Assembly: GCF_040938485.1 (NCBI RefSeq)
Contig: NW_027270924.1
Location: 4,154,001 to 4,218,000 of the forward strand
Source: Diadema antillarum
Taxonomy: Eukaryota
Reading direction: 5' to 3'
Length of the DNA stretch: 64,000 bases
Positions 32,241 through 46,800 of the stretch are shown here, in pieces (the first letter of the stretch is position 1; the number at the start of each line of letters is the position of its first letter). A program made the position numbers and the translations under genes. Under the pieces are notes generated by a model that ran no database searches, had not been told where the DNA came from, and worked only from the letters and a program-made list of their open reading frames with translations.

Positions 32241-33129
32241 TCCACTAGGGCGCGGACAAGACGCGGACAAGACCCGGAAAGCAAATTTAGTAATTTCGCA
32301 CTCATTCGGCAGCCTCTTCGCACGTTCTTGAAAGAGTCCGTTCACTGTCTTAAACATGTCCGGGCGTTTCCGCACTTTCGGGAGAGAGAAAAAATTCCGC
32401 GTCCAAATTTTGATCGTGTCCAACATTTGGACCCGGAAATGAACTTCCTGACACCTCCGGCAGCTTGTCATGAGAACATCTTCAGGACATCCCGCCTGTC
32501 CGAACCCTTCCGCTCCTTCCGCAAACGCTCCTGAAAAAAAAAATCCCGCGGAGTGGGGAAGCTTCGCGAATGAAAGCGGAAGACAACCGGAATGTTTCAG
32601 GACAGCACGGTGCCGATGCGGATCTATATGCAAGTGTCCGGAGCCAATGCGGACATTTTGTGATCAAGACATGAAAGAGTCAACACGTTCCATGTTCGAA
32701 AGGATTTTGAAACTTAAGAAGATAGATCAATGCAGCATCATGTCAGTGAAACGCAAAAAGACCAATAAGGGAGGCGAGGTCCCCATGCTAGTCCCACAGC
32801 CAAACCTCTCTTCCACTGATTAGGAACAGGTAAATATCAACATTTCCCAGACCCAATTTTAAATGAAGAAAACAAAGCAGAAGGCAGTGGATATTTTGCC
32901 AACAGTAACTAGGAAAAAGTGGAAGCAGCAATTTCGCGCTTTTCCTGAGCGATTCTAGGACATTCCTAAGACATACCTATGTTTGTTTGCAGTCAGTCCG
33001 CAGAGATTCCTAGGAATGTCCCAGCACAAGCCGATTCGCACATGTTTTCCGCGTCTGACGCGGACAGGATGTCGAAATGACAGAATTTTCTTCCTCAACC
33101 CTTCCTGGGCTTGTCCGCTCCGTAGTGGA
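32241..33129. mobile_element. Non-autonomous TIR DNA transposon (~890 bp); contains the empty Polinton target site
   Basis: TCCACTAGGGCGCGGACAAG ... CTTGTCCGCTCCGTAGTGGA, with internal GCGGACA/TGTCCG repeats. Superfamily not assigned (CACTA-like motif but no clear TSD). Confidence 0.7.
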
Positions 33130-33180
33130 CGTCAGCCCAGGAAGCAATGATAGTTATTTGCAAGCAACCATGGAATCGAC

Positions 33181-33320
33181 TGCTTTGGTTCCCATCCGAA
33201 GGACTAGGCAATGTGATAAAGTGCCTTGCTGATTGGGCACAATCGCTGCAGGCAAGGGATTCAAACCAAGTACAGCCTGATTGATAATTCACGGGCTTAT
33301 CCACTGAGATCGAACAGCTC
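33181..33320 (-). mobile_element. tRNA-derived SINE fragment (duplicate of 12811-12950)
   Basis: A-box-like CTCAGTGGATAAG and B-box-like GGTTTGAATCC on the minus strand. Confidence 0.65.
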
Positions 33321-33385
33321 CATTGATTTCACTGACATTAGCACGTTAAGATGCGATCTAAGCCATTAAATCTTTGAAGGGTTAA

Positions 33386-33751
33386 AGGGATGGTACAGTA
33401 TTGGTGGAGATGAGATTTTTGCGAGATACCAAGAAACACTTATGATATATACCATTTCAAGAGGAATTCGAAGTTTAGTTGATGGAAACCGGGTTTGGAA
33501 TGATTGAAACATCCAAAAACAAAGTGTAATGATATTTCTAATAACGATTGTAATAAAGTGTGGGCCCAACACTTTATTAGCATCGCTCTTTTTTGGATAT
33601 CTCAGCCATTTCAAAACCAATTTTCATGAAATAAACGTTGCATTCCTCACAGAATTACATGCTCTTTCATAACTTATAAGAGGTTTCTCATTATCTCACC
33701 AGAAATGTTAGAAACCTGAAATAAGGTCTCAGACAAAATTATACGATCCCT
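33386..33751. mobile_element. Kolobok-like MITE (duplicate of 13015-13448)
   Basis: TTAA|AGGGATGGTACAG ... ATACGATCCCT|TTGA (right TSD mutated). Confidence 0.65.
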
Positions 33752-35427
33752 TTGATGTCAAGCAGCATCCCTTTCTGTGTCTAAATTACTCTATGGAGAA
33801 TTAGAAACATTTCATTTTATGTGAAAAAACAAACGGAGCCATTAAAAAGGGGGCAACAAGAACATTTCCTTACCGATAAGCAACGTACACTCAAACACAC
33901 GCACACACCTACCTCGCCATTCAAAGATTGACACTTCATAAGCCCAACAATCACTTTAGAAAAGAAAAAAAAATAACCAAAAACCGAACAAACAAAAACA
34001 GAACATTTGTGCATCTATTACTTGATGTTCGATCAGCATAGTTGACCACCTATTTGAAGGTGATATCTCATAATTACAAAATAAAACACTTTATAATACA
34101 TATACAAAGATATGCAAGAAATAACTCACATCACTTCCGCATGCATTTTCACAGGCAAATTGCACACACTGCACCATAGATTACCCCCAACCCCACTGTG
34201 TAACATACTTGTTATCTGCTGTAATAGGTTAACTGTAAAAAAAAAAAACTGTTTCAGTTATGATATTTCAATACTGACAAGTATGTAGATCTCCTTCTTC
34301 ATGTACAATATAATGCGTATGCGCGCAAACAAGTCTGGAGACTCCTAAGTGGACGATAAAATAGAACTGAACTGAACTGAACTGAATAAACTTGTTTACA
34401 TATTTTGAACGGCTGATTCAGTTGCATTACGGGATCCCGTTTAACAATTTGTTAGTATACGCTCTCTACATACACGCCAACCACACAAGCCACAATCAAT
34501 AGAATTTGAATCAGAACTGTCTTTCGTCTATTAATAACACGGCGAATGAAAAACAAAAAAGAAAAAATGTCCAGCAATAAGCATGGATGTATTATTGAAG
34601 ATTGCATCCAGTAGGCAGAAATCTGGAGACTCTCGTGCCTCTCATGTCTATTCACTGCGCATTGTTGGAAATGTGTTAGGCACCAAAAGAGTTAAAAAGT
34701 AAACTTGTAGAAGGTATACTCTCCACGTTAACATCATGCATTAAAGTGCGAGAAGGGGTTCCCGACCGTGTACAGAATGTGTATCATTTTACAGCCCTGA
34801 TGAAGGTCTTAACAAGATAGAAATAATCCTCCATGAACGCAAATTCACCGCACAAAGGCAATAAACAACGGCTTTAATTAATTGTTTGCTATAATATACA
34901 ATAATAATGTAATGCTAATGTTAAGTGCATCTATTTCTACATAGGAAATTAGCCTACAAAATGACCATTAAGATTACTTGCGACTCTTGAGTCATTCAAA
35001 CTGACCTCCTCTATCGTACATCTCAAGCAAGTATGAACAACCAAGCAAATGATGAAAGATTGGTCACGTATCTTTTTGATCCGTCACCATGTTGCAGTCT
35101 AAATTTAAACAAGCACATTTCAAATAGGTGAATTAGATGACACACAAACTAGAACTTAAGAAACCATTCATTCAAAATCTGTACTTTGACATGTCATACC
35201 TGTGTTTGTTCCAAAGCCGTTTGGTATTTGAGCAGCATATTACCTTTTCTATTTCATTTGCTAGAATGCTAACTCTCATATTATGTAGCAAAACTTTCAT
35301 GTCATTTCTGTTGGAACTGTGTATATATTATTTACGATTTCTTTGCCGTTCTCGTGATGGGTTTGGGGTAACGAATGGTACAAAATTTTTAACATAGAAA
35401 AGAAATCCAGAAACTGATTAACTCTGT

Positions 35428-35838
35428 TATAATAATAATAATAATTCACAACATTTATATAGCGCACTATTACATAAAATGTCTCTAAGCCCTATGGGAA
35501 AAAAGAAAACAATAGAAAGGGAAGAAGAGGAAAGAAAAGAGAGAAAGAAGAAGAAGGTACAGTTTCAGAAACGGTATAAGACATGAGACACAGTCATAAT
35601 ACTACTCAATAAACAAATACGTTTTTGACATGGATTTAAATTTGTCTACTAAGTCTGTTTGTTTCAAGCATTCAGGTAAACTGTTCCAGAGTTGAGGTGA
35701 TGCTGACTGAAAAGCTCTAGAACCATAAGATTGTGTATTAACAGGAGGAGGTATTAAAAGTGATTTGTTGTTAGCCCGCAAATTTTGACTCTTTCAGGAA
35801 ATTTGCCAAATTAAGGATTGACTAGGTTGACCTATGAC
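35428..35838 (-). mobile_element. L2 LINE 3' remnant with ORF2 C-terminus
   Basis: The minus strand encodes LRANNKSLLIPPPVNTQSYGSRAFQSASPQLWNSLPECLKQTDLVDKFKSMSKTYLF, followed by a 3' UTR and (ATT)n tail. About 240 bp of this is missing in copy 1. Confidence 0.8.
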
Positions 35839-36410
35839 ACCTATTTTGAGTTCTCACGTATAGCTGGAAGTAGCAACTTTGTGTTGGTTTTGTGATGCAC
35901 TATCACATATATGCTAAAATATAGGAAAACGTTCATGTCATTTCAATTTGAACTGTGCATATACAGTCCGATTTCTCTATCCGGACATGTAGGGACCTGT
36001 GCTAATGCAGATAAGGGATTTGGCCGGATATGGGAAACTCAATGTTTAATAAGCGCAGTTGCCGAAGAAACCATGAAATCTTAGAGGAAAAAGAAAAAAT
36101 GTTAATAATAAGCTACTTGTTGAATTTATACACTATATACATCATCAAACTTTAAGATATTCATCAATACTATAATGATACATCGAAAAACATTCCTCGC
36201 TATTTGAATCATTTTGTTTGTTTTGCAATTTTGTCTAATTTATCAAAATGTCGTTCATATACTTAATTTGCATATTGATTTAAGCAATAAAATGAAATAT
36301 TTCAAAATAACGATCACAAGTATGTAATACTTTCTAAGAACTTTATGATATGTGCTGTTCCGGTATATACATTCTGTGAGAACCCATAGTGTCCTCTTTC
36401 AAGCAGCCAC

Positions 36411-37539
36411 CTACATATTAGTGAAGTTCATATAGATTTCTTCCTGCATCGTTGGCTCTGACTCAACCCTAGAAGCTCCTCGTGTTTTATCCACCTGTGC
36501 ATAGAGCTCCTCACGCGGTGGCGGTTCTGCGACCGAAATGTTACCTACTGTTTTGTTCACCGTCGCGTACATTTCCTCACAGCTTTGGGGTCTTGACGTA
36601 AAAGTTTCCGGGTTCTGAATCTCGGTGTCGTGATGGTCATTGAAGTCGTTCTCTTCCATCATCTTAGGACGAAGATAATTGGCGAAGTCTCTTTCAGGAT
36701 TCAACAGACTATAATCTCCAGAGTCGAAAGCTTCAGGACATTGCGGTTGCTTGTTGGTATCAATGTCACTTTGTTGCTCCGGATTCAGCTGATAGTAGAA
36801 GACGTCTTCAGATGGCATGGGCGTTATGGCATCCTTGCTGGAACAAGGCTTACTATATTTTCTGTCAGGGTAGATCTTATGCTGTGAAGTTTGACCAATA
36901 GGTGACAGACCAGGATTGCGACTTTCCTCGTCAGGGAAAGCATGATTGAGGCGATCGTACTCGCTTTCTGTAGTCATTTCGGATGAATTGGGAAATAACG
37001 TCAGTGAATTGTAATAACTGTCATCAAACAAGCACGCTTTACCAGTGGATCTAATGGCACCATTCGTCATCCCGTCCAATTTACAAAGGTCTACATCCTG
37101 GTAGTCATTATCATCTCCGTAAGCACACGCTGGTTGGTCCAGCGATGTCTCCTGCAGGCCACAATATTCATTATCAGAAGGAATATTCATTGAGGTCAAA
37201 GAAGTGCCGATGCCGGTATTTATGTGACTTTTGTCAGGAACTGAACAAGGGAAGCCACGATTTATGCTGATAAAGGTAGAAAGCCCCTCGTCTATCTCTT
37301 CAGCATCTTGGTAGATGTGACTAGTGTGCCCGAGATGGCCCCCTCTGTCTCCGACGGTGTTGCCCAGAATATGAGGCAAAAAGCTACCAGCTGTTGTAGC
37401 ATTAGGATTGGTAGCGTCCGACAAAACGGTATGATCCGTCGTGATTGGCCCTTGTACAGAAGTGTCGATGGGATTCATCTGAAGCTGTCCGCCATTTGGG
37501 TGAACATTTGGCTGATGCGAGGTTTGGGATCTCCAATGT
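36411..37539 (-). CDS. Gene B terminal exon: Tyr-rich cytoplasmic tail
   Basis: Open exon, about 90% aa identical to the gene A tail, with all listed Tyr motifs kept. Confidence 0.85.
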
Positions 37540-38495
37540 CTGCAATTTAATGGGGAAATTGAATTTATGATTTTACGCATGTGACCGTGCATCGCAAAGC
37601 CACCAAAAAGTCGCCATACATGGATTTTTAGTTAAGAGTAGATTGTGGAAGAGCAGAATCTAAGATTTAAAATGAAATATATACGTCAGTGCAAACAGAC
37701 TTGACAAACCAATTTAAACAATGGAAAGACAGGCACACTTTGCAAAAGTGTGTACTCAAAAGAGAGGCTTTAAACTTTTGGGTCTATAGGCAAATGCGTA
37801 ATTTCCCCCAGATGTCTGCAATGAATGGAACACAGAAAAAAGATATAAATTTCCATGAAAATCACAATCAAGTGGTTATTAAACTAAACTGAAAGTTTGC
37901 TCATCATTAAAGTACGTTATATTTATGGCCAATACAAACTTCAAATGCAACATTAGTGTGATTTCAATTATTAGAGATGAAAACTGTTTGAAGGGTTTCT
38001 AGTGTTTTAAATCGGCAATCTGAGAAAGCCTACATCAGACCGAAACAAAGTATTTGAAAAACTGCAAAAGAATCATGGTGCGCAATCACATAGCATAGTG
38101 TCGTTGTATCGACAGCGCTTCACGCGTGACCATGTAGTTTAGCGTAATAAAGTCGGAAATCCTAGAGCTGACAAAAAGAGGTATATTCATTTTGCCCTTT
38201 CTTCGTGTTCACCCGTGCCACTTTACTTTTGATTAGGTTCATTTCAATTTGAAGGTCTAGTAAGCTTGACTTCCTATTGTTATATCATTCGAGGCTTTCT
38301 CCCTGCACACTATTCAGACGACTGGTGAGAATTTTCAATAATTAAAGACTCGGTAGCACTGGAAAATGTGGGTGTCCGATTGAATCGGTCTTAATTCGCT
38401 ACCCACTGAGGCATATTCGAAACAACGAATAGTGCTCGTCAGCCAGTTGTTTTAGGGACGATTCTCGTCAAGATTTTTCTTCTCCCCTCCCCCAC

Positions 38496-38526
<31 letters not shown>

Positions 38527-40786
38527 TAGGCTGAGTATGTACTTGCACATCAGTGATCAGTGATAAAACTGTGCACAATTTGTTACGGGGATTTTCGAAT
38601 ATACCCGAACCGGGCCCGCCTTTCGAATCCATGTATCCCCACGATACGGGGTCTTTAAAAGATGCAATTTTTATTTCAAAAAATTATAAGAGTCATATTT
38701 ACGAGATCAGCAAATTAAATCAAGATGAATGTCTTTTATTGTTTTAAAACAATACCAGAAGTCTGACTCAATACTTGGACTTGGACTGGGAGAGATACTC
38801 ATCTCGTATGATAAGCCTGCATTCACAAATTGGCAGTCTAACCACTCACACTCGCTAGACAGCCTCCAAAATTCAACTCCACATCATTTTGTCTTTGCTT
38901 GTTTTTCTGTGTTGTCCGTATCGTTTTCTCTAGTTTTTTGACTGTGTATACATAGGCGGATGGCTCCTTGCCATTGATTTGGTGGTGGTTTTCGTAAAAT
39001 ATGTTGAAACAAATACTGTATCAATGAAAGTTTTGGGCGACAGATGGAATAATAACATGATAAAATGTCTGGCGACCAGAAACTCGGGTTTTCGTGATAA
39101 CAAGTCCACCCACCAATTATGTAAGAGGAATGCAAATCAGCTAAATTACTTTAACATATTCAATGTACACTCACTTCTGAATATGCTCTACTTGTGTCCT
39201 GTGTTTCATACAATGATTCCACACCCTAGATTTACAAACTAGTTTTGACAAAAATTCACCTTTTCTGTTGATGCCTACACCAAGCGATGGACAGTATGCC
39301 AACTACAGCAAAAACAACGAGAAGGATTCCCAGGATGTACGTAATAATATCCTTCCCGTCACTCTCATGATCTGGAAGATAAAGCATTTATTATTTAAGA
39401 TACATTATGGATACACGATATTTATATACATGTATAAACTGTATATTCCTAATGTCACATTTTATTTCGATACAATTACTAAAAAACATGATGTAATTAT
39501 AATGTTTGATAAAACGTCTATATTGAAATGAATTACAGATTATGTAAACATACATATACTATGAAAAATAGTTTGGATAGTAAAGTAGTAATTTAAGTGT
39601 ATAACATCAAAATCTGATCTATAGGCAGCGGGTTAAGAATTTCCAAAATAATAAAAGAATAACGGGGGAACAAAATAATTATGGTCATTGATATTGCTTA
39701 CTTTATACTTCACAGTATTACTTGGCCCTTTTGCACAATGATATGGATGTAATTTTATTGCACTCGTATACCATTTTCCCTCATTAAGCTTCTTTTATTT
39801 TGTTCAGGAAAATGCCTTTTCATCAGATCAACGAATATTTGCTTTATGGTAGTTACATCACCATGAAAATCTGATAATCGATGAGAAAGAGTTTTCTTTT
39901 TAGTTCCTGTTGAAGAACGGCGCTTTGCACCATTTATTCAAAGACATTTTTGTTATTCTTGTATCATAAGAATTGAACACTTCTTCTCTCTGAGACAATA
40001 ACAACTTCAAAACTTGAATCCAGTTCATAATGAATTCGCTATGAACAAACGATGAAGAACCACATCTAGTGTCTTTCCATCTAAACAAAGTGGTGAAACA
40101 ATAATGTATTTTAGGCGATGGTAGCGAAGTAGTCCTAATGTAATTATGCGTATGCATGGTTAATGCGTTAAGAGGTAAAAGTGGAAACAGTAGAAGCAAA
40201 GGTATATATATATATATATATATATACATATATATATTTTTTTTCTTTTTTTTTTTACTGCGGGTCGAATCAATTACTAAACTCACCTGACTGAGACGTT
40301 TCAGTTGTCTCTCGCAATGACGTAATTGCTTGGGTAATCTGCGCCTTCCCTGTGTATTGAGATAAACCCACCGCAATTATTGATGGTATACATGCTGATG
40401 ATATAATGTCCTAAACACCTATTCTCAAGATGGAATATACGTTTATAAAAGATCTATTTATCTGTAAGATATCAGAATTTTGTACGTGGTGATAAAAGTA
40501 TTAAAAGTTGTAGACCATGAATGCTGATAATGGAGATGTTGACATTGCACAGGCCGCCGACCCTCACCCCCCCCCCCCCCAGAAAAAAAAAAAAAATATA
40601 TATATATATAACTATATCTGGCTCTCCCTAAACAAAAATATGGGGAAGAGGACTCAGAAGTCCTGATAGCAAAAAAAAAAATCAACAGAGAAAATCCAAA
40701 ATTCCGCCATGAGATTCTTCCCCTCAAAGGGAAATATACACTACACAGAAAATTGACCCTCGACCCTCTTTGGCGCGGTCATCGCC

Positions 40787-40832
<46 letters not shown>

Positions 40833-43800
40833 AGTCACATGGTCCCTGCACTGTATTGAATTCATGCCATTGTCTTGTAATTGTATGTCCCAAATTAATT
40901 TAATAGTAAAAACAAAATGAAGTGATAGGTTTTGCAGATAACAGAAATTTAAGCAGCTAGTCGTCATTTCTCTCAATGTCTGCATGGAAACTTCATAATT
41001 ACCATCTTTTTTGTTGGTGGTGACGTTTATTCCAAGCGCATAAGTGCCTTCGAGCTTACACTCTAGGAAAATTCCAAATATCAATTATTGTTAACATTAG
41101 GCGTTTTCACATCAGCCCGATAAAAATCCAAGCTCGAGATATTTTTCGTAGAAAATAGTCAGCAAAATAGCGCGCTATTTCGAAACATCGGGCTGATGTG
41201 AAAACGCCGAATGTGATCATTTTATCATTACACACAAAGTTTTGCTTATAAAGTTACAACGTACTCTCTAATGTAGTACATACCCTGAGAAGTGCTTTCT
41301 ATACTTTGTGTAGGCATTGTGGTGATATTGCCATCTTGCCACTCTGCATCTGTGAAAAAAAAAATCCCATCCACAAAAACAATGACAAACTTATGGAAAG
41401 GTGTGTGAAATCACAGCAAAGAAAGGATGAAATTCAGTAACTTCATGGAGTTCAAATCAGTGGTGCCTGTGGTGTCGTAATCTAACGTGATCAGGTGGTA
41501 AAAATGCCCATCTCTTTGGCATATTTTCAAATTAAGAGAAGGAAAACATGCAGTGAGCATTTCAGAGCACGTATCATGCTCATGAAAAAGATATACCGAT
41601 TATAAAAATAGATTGATATTTCCCAATGAATTACTTCACGGGATACAATACGATTGTGTATAATTTCGAGAAATGGATAATTTTGTTGTTAAGCATTGTA
41701 TCCTGTCACTTTGATTGATTTGATTTCATTTATTTCCTCATTCAATCAGATACAAATTTAACTGCACAAATTTCAAAAGTACAAAGACAAAGAATAGCAA
41801 GTGCAGTGAAATAAATCGATGACAGTACACAAATAGATACACATAAGTGATGGCATTGAGCAGTATACATACACAGAAACATGAAATAAAATATATAGTA
41901 TTTATTTTCAAGAAATAACAGAGATAATTGAATGCAGGAGACCGCCATCGTAAACGATTAAGCTTGAAATGGATGGGGGCCTCAATGCATTTGAATGACT
42001 ACTAGTAATTTCAATTTTTCTCCTATCATGCCTATCAATATTATGGCAGTATTAATTCCCACTGGTGCGCTCTACGTGGTGTGTTTTAGGTGAAGGCTCA
42101 AATGGCACACATTTTCATCATCCGCACTCATATGACGATAACTCTCGGAAAATCTAAATGTTTACAAAAAAACAAAAACAACAAATCCGCATTTTTTTTT
42201 TTAATATCATTTGCAGCTCCTCCCTTTCAGATATAATGTAAAATGTTGTATTCTTATTTCTCTTACACTATTGCACAAAGCAGAGATTTTTAAGATCTTA
42301 ATCATTGATAATATATTTTCAAATTGATGCCGTTTGTTTTACTTTCGACGGCTCGGCAAGAAGGGACCGAAGCGTTCCAAACCGGGAAGTAAGTCGACCA
42401 TCCTGGTAGTCCCACACACTGCAGTATCGCACTCCCGTTGACGGTGTAACCTTTGTCACAGATGAGAGTTATCTTCGACCCGAAGCTCGTGATATCCGTG
42501 TCCCAACTTCCATTGGGCACAATCTCAGGATGATCACAAAATCCGACAGAGACTTTCAATAAAGGAGACATGTATAGGGAATTCCCATGAGCCATGAGGG
42601 AAAACTTGAAATAATCATATCATTGCGATATATTACATGGAATAATCATTATTAAGAAAGATACTATAGTTACGTAAACAGATTAACTTTTGTATCGCTT
42701 TTGGTAAGGTTCAGATGCCTGTTCATCTGCCAAATTAAAAGATTAGCTGACTAGCACAGAACGTAAACATAATTATAAACATTGATTGTATTCGATAACA
42801 GTAAATATATAGGAGTTTAATTTTGTTATTAAACATGTCAAATATATGAACCTGACAAAGCATATTACAGGTATTAACCATGTTAACAGTCGCTGACAAA
42901 TTATACTGTCGTCATTATCATCACTGATGCTTGCCTACATTTATTTCACTCTCTGATGTCAAGAAATCTTTGCTTGTCGGATTACTCACGGTTAAATGAA
43001 TGATGTCGGTCGTAGTCAAATTCTGTCGCAAGTGGACATGTCCAACTGTGAGAAAAGTTTCCGCCAGAAATGATCTGCGCATACGTCTCGGACTGAAAGC
43101 AAATGCACAATCCTTCATGCATGACAGCAACGCCATTGCTTTCGGGCTGTCTTCTACATGTAGACATGCACTCGCTTTCCGAATCAACTCCAAATCCGGT
43201 GTTAAACTCTGTTTGAAAGTTTAGTTGGTTGTCTTTGTAGCATCCAAGAAATGCAGGCTCTACGCAGTGACAGAATATTATGATTATTTCAACCTTCCAA
43301 TACCTGATACTTTGAAGTGTGCATTATGGCCAATACATTTTAACAACAGCTAGTCACAAAATCATCCCTGAAATTACAGTTTGATAAGTGTTTCTGTTTG
43401 AATACAGGTTAATTACTTTACATCTGTAGCGCCTGAAAATATCAAACACATACATGCATACATACATACATACATATATGTGTGTGTGTGTGTTGACAGC
43501 GGAATCTATGGTTCTTAACAGTGTCTAGTTTCATTCCACCAAACACAATTAGCGACTAAAAGAACACTATGTTCGCATACATCAAACACACTAATTCACT
43601 CTTTCCATGCGACGTATATAATATAGAGTCACACAAAAGCATAAGAATAGATATCAATATGTTTGCGAACGTCTGGACTTTATGAATGATAAGAATATAT
43701 AAATGTTTTCATAAGACATTTTGAATCTCTTACCTCGGCATTGGAGTCTAACAATCCTGTTTGAGAAACACTCGGTTGCTGTCAAACAGTCCATTACACG

Positions 43801-46800
43801 CAGCGAATCTGTGTATTGATATTGTACAAATCGTTCATGAAATAGATAAAGTTTGAACGCCGCATTTCTCATAAAAGTTTGATACACATATAACGGCTCT
43901 CATGTGTAATATGTAAAAAGAAAATAGCTACATAGTAACAAAACACAACGACAATATCAGCAATGAACGCAATTGGGCATTAATAAGTTTGTGTGAAGAG
44001 AAAATGAATCTTATTCTAATGAACGTTTGATTGCTGCATTTATACCATTAAGTACTGTCATCCAGCGTCAAAGAACATAGTCATTTGTAAGTATTATTTT
44101 TCATCATTGTGTATGTCTGTAGCAAGAAAACTGGCAGTATAGTTTAAAAATAGAGTTTATTATATAAGGAGTTTTGAAATATCGGGAAATTAAAATGTTG
44201 CACGTTAAGAAAACGAATCATGGCAATGACAAAAGGCCTACCTCATTAGCTTTAGTTTATGTATTTCCATCTTTAAATATATTGCAGAGTTACGTCGGAC
44301 ACAAAGTGTGCTTTGTAGCAATCAAGTTTATTTGATGCGATACATGCTATTCTTTCTGGGATATGGTATACATATACATTCACACATTCTGATCTGCATG
44401 CATGTAATTCTGCGGTTACCTTTACGACATGACACCACTTGAATCCTGTGTCGTGTTGCTGTAGTCATACTGGCCAAACTTGAATGACCCGTAAAGCCCT
44501 TTGCAGCCGGGAAGCCTAGCTCTTCGCAGACCAATTCAGCAGCTTTGTCGGTAAATCCATCATAGCAGACGTATTTACCCGATTCGATAACCACCAGGCC
44601 TTCAAGGGGAGAGCGTCCGTCAGCCAACTTTACCGATGGTATCTCTTGAAAATTAATGACCAAGGTTCGAAATGTTATTTAAAGTAACTAATAATCTGTA
44701 AGCAATCATTCATGTCGTAGCTCATTCGAGGTGAAGACGATTATCAGAGTTATGGTCTAAACCTTTCTTCGAGTTATACACTGTATAGTTTCCCTTTAAC
44801 AGTTTCTCAAAAGGAACAGAAGAAGCAATGCGATTCATAATTTTTTTTGTCGTTGTTTTTAATGCAGATCGCACTCTGCTTTAATTCTCCTCCCCACATT
44901 ATTTTGGGAACGATATGACGAAACTGAATAAACTTTCGTGAGTCAACTGGCATCAATAGAATCCATAAATGCAATTCATACGTGACGTAAAGATCAATAA
45001 TAACGCTTATAGTTATAGAGATTACTCAGTATCAGCGAATGTCGAGATATCAATCTATTAACTAATAGTCGGTGAGCCTACTTGACGGCTTTCTGTTCAT
45101 CCGGTATTGGAATAAACATTTGCATCAATTTGAGTACAATATACAATACAATAATACATTATGACAGATATGGATACAGAATGATGGCTATTATGTGAAT
45201 TGATTTTCACAACAACACTCATGGGCAACAACACAACACGTTTACAACGACATTAATAAACTCTTTCTGTTTTGTATTTTTTTAAGGATAATGGCCAGGC
45301 TATCTACCAACGAAAAAAAAAATGTCAAATTTGCCGGATACTCCCCATTGCAATAGCAATCGAGTATTTTCCAAGACAAATTACTGTCGCAAATTAACGT
45401 GGAAATCGATCATGTATAACCTCCCCAAAAGAGTTCTCAGTTTCATCATTAATGCGTGTATAGATTCTCTGCCCTCCTACACAAATTTGCACACCTGGGG
45501 TAAACGCCTAGTTTTTTGTGTCTTCTGCCCGGGCACCACAGGCACTTTGCATCACATACTCTCAAATTGCCCAGTTTTTTCTAGATCGATGCGAGTGGCG
45601 ACATAACAATTTGCTGAGGTATATGTATAATACATTTTTTGAAAATCTGTACAACGGAACGATTTACACTGATCTAGAAGGGCACTCAATCTCCGGGGGC
45701 ACCATACCTCCCCATATTCTCACTACAAGTTTGCGCCCAGATTTAGTTATCTTAAGGAAGAAGAACAAGATATCACGATTGTTGAACTAACTGTTCCCTT
45801 TGAAATGAACCTCGAGGATGCACATCAAAGGAAAGTAGAAAAGTATAATTCAATTGTGCGGGATATCCAGGATAAGAGCTACTCAGTGTCATTTTATGCG
45901 ATAGAAGTCGGTGCAAGGGGTCTAATAGACCGGGGTAATAATGCCGTTTAAAACGAATTCTGAAAACAACAAGTTCCAAGATTTGTCCGAATGAATTGTT
46001 TCAGACACTCTCTAAACTCGCCATACTCTCCTCTTCTTCGATATTTTATGCTAGAAAAGAGAGAGCTTGGGGGAGGTACGGCATCTAGATCCGTAGGATT
46101 TAACTATAGTTATGTAATATTCATACCGACCATGAAGCCGAAGTGGAAGTACAGTAATAACGTATGTTTGCCGGTTTGTCCGTCTGATCGTAATCATTTT
46201 ATTTGTAAATTGTATGTGTTATGTACGTGATATAATTTCAGAATATTGTTTGAGATATAATTGACATAGATACTTATTGTTTGTACAATATATGAGCGCA
46301 GGTGTTTATGGTTTATAATTATGTGGTATTGGCTGTAGAGTTTGGGGGGAGGTACGGCATCTAGATCTGTAGGATTGAATTATAGTTACGTAATATTCAT
46401 ACCCACCATGTTTTCGTTTTGAAGCCAAAGTGGAAGTACAGTAATATGTTTGCCGGTCTGCCCGTCTGTTTATAATCATTTTATTTGTAAACTGTATGTG
46501 TTATATATGTGATATAATTTCAGAATATTGTTTGAGGTATATCATATATGATATAGATATGTATTAATTATGAGCGCAGGGGTTTATGGTTTATAATTAT
46601 GTGGTATTGGCTGTAGATTTTTTTTTCCGGGGGAGGGGGGGGGGGGTGAGGAGGAGGGTAGCCGCAGGTAGGAGATGGGGATAGTTGGTGAAAGTTTAGT
46701 TTGTCGCTGCGGCTGGTTTGGATTTCGTATAGATTTTTGTGTGTGTGTTTTTTTGTTTCTGTTGGGAAAGGAAAGGAATCTGAGGTCAAATGATATGTTC

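Larger units (their letters stand above)
32606..39260. repeat. Segmental duplication, copy 2 (pairs with 12235-20750)
   Basis: Starts at CACGGTGCCGATGCGG, identical to the Polinton right flank, and stays colinear up to the TM exon donor. Confidence 0.95.

Noticed and set aside
32106-32823. GC-richer ORFs inside the TIR element
   Set aside because: No transposase or DNA-binding motif recognised; overlapping ORFs on both strands are expected from composition.
35594-35608. 15-mer TCATAATACTACTCA identical to the Polinton right junction (12222-12236)
   Set aside because: It lies within an L2 3' UTR and is AT-rich, with no other Polinton sequence nearby; most likely coincidence.
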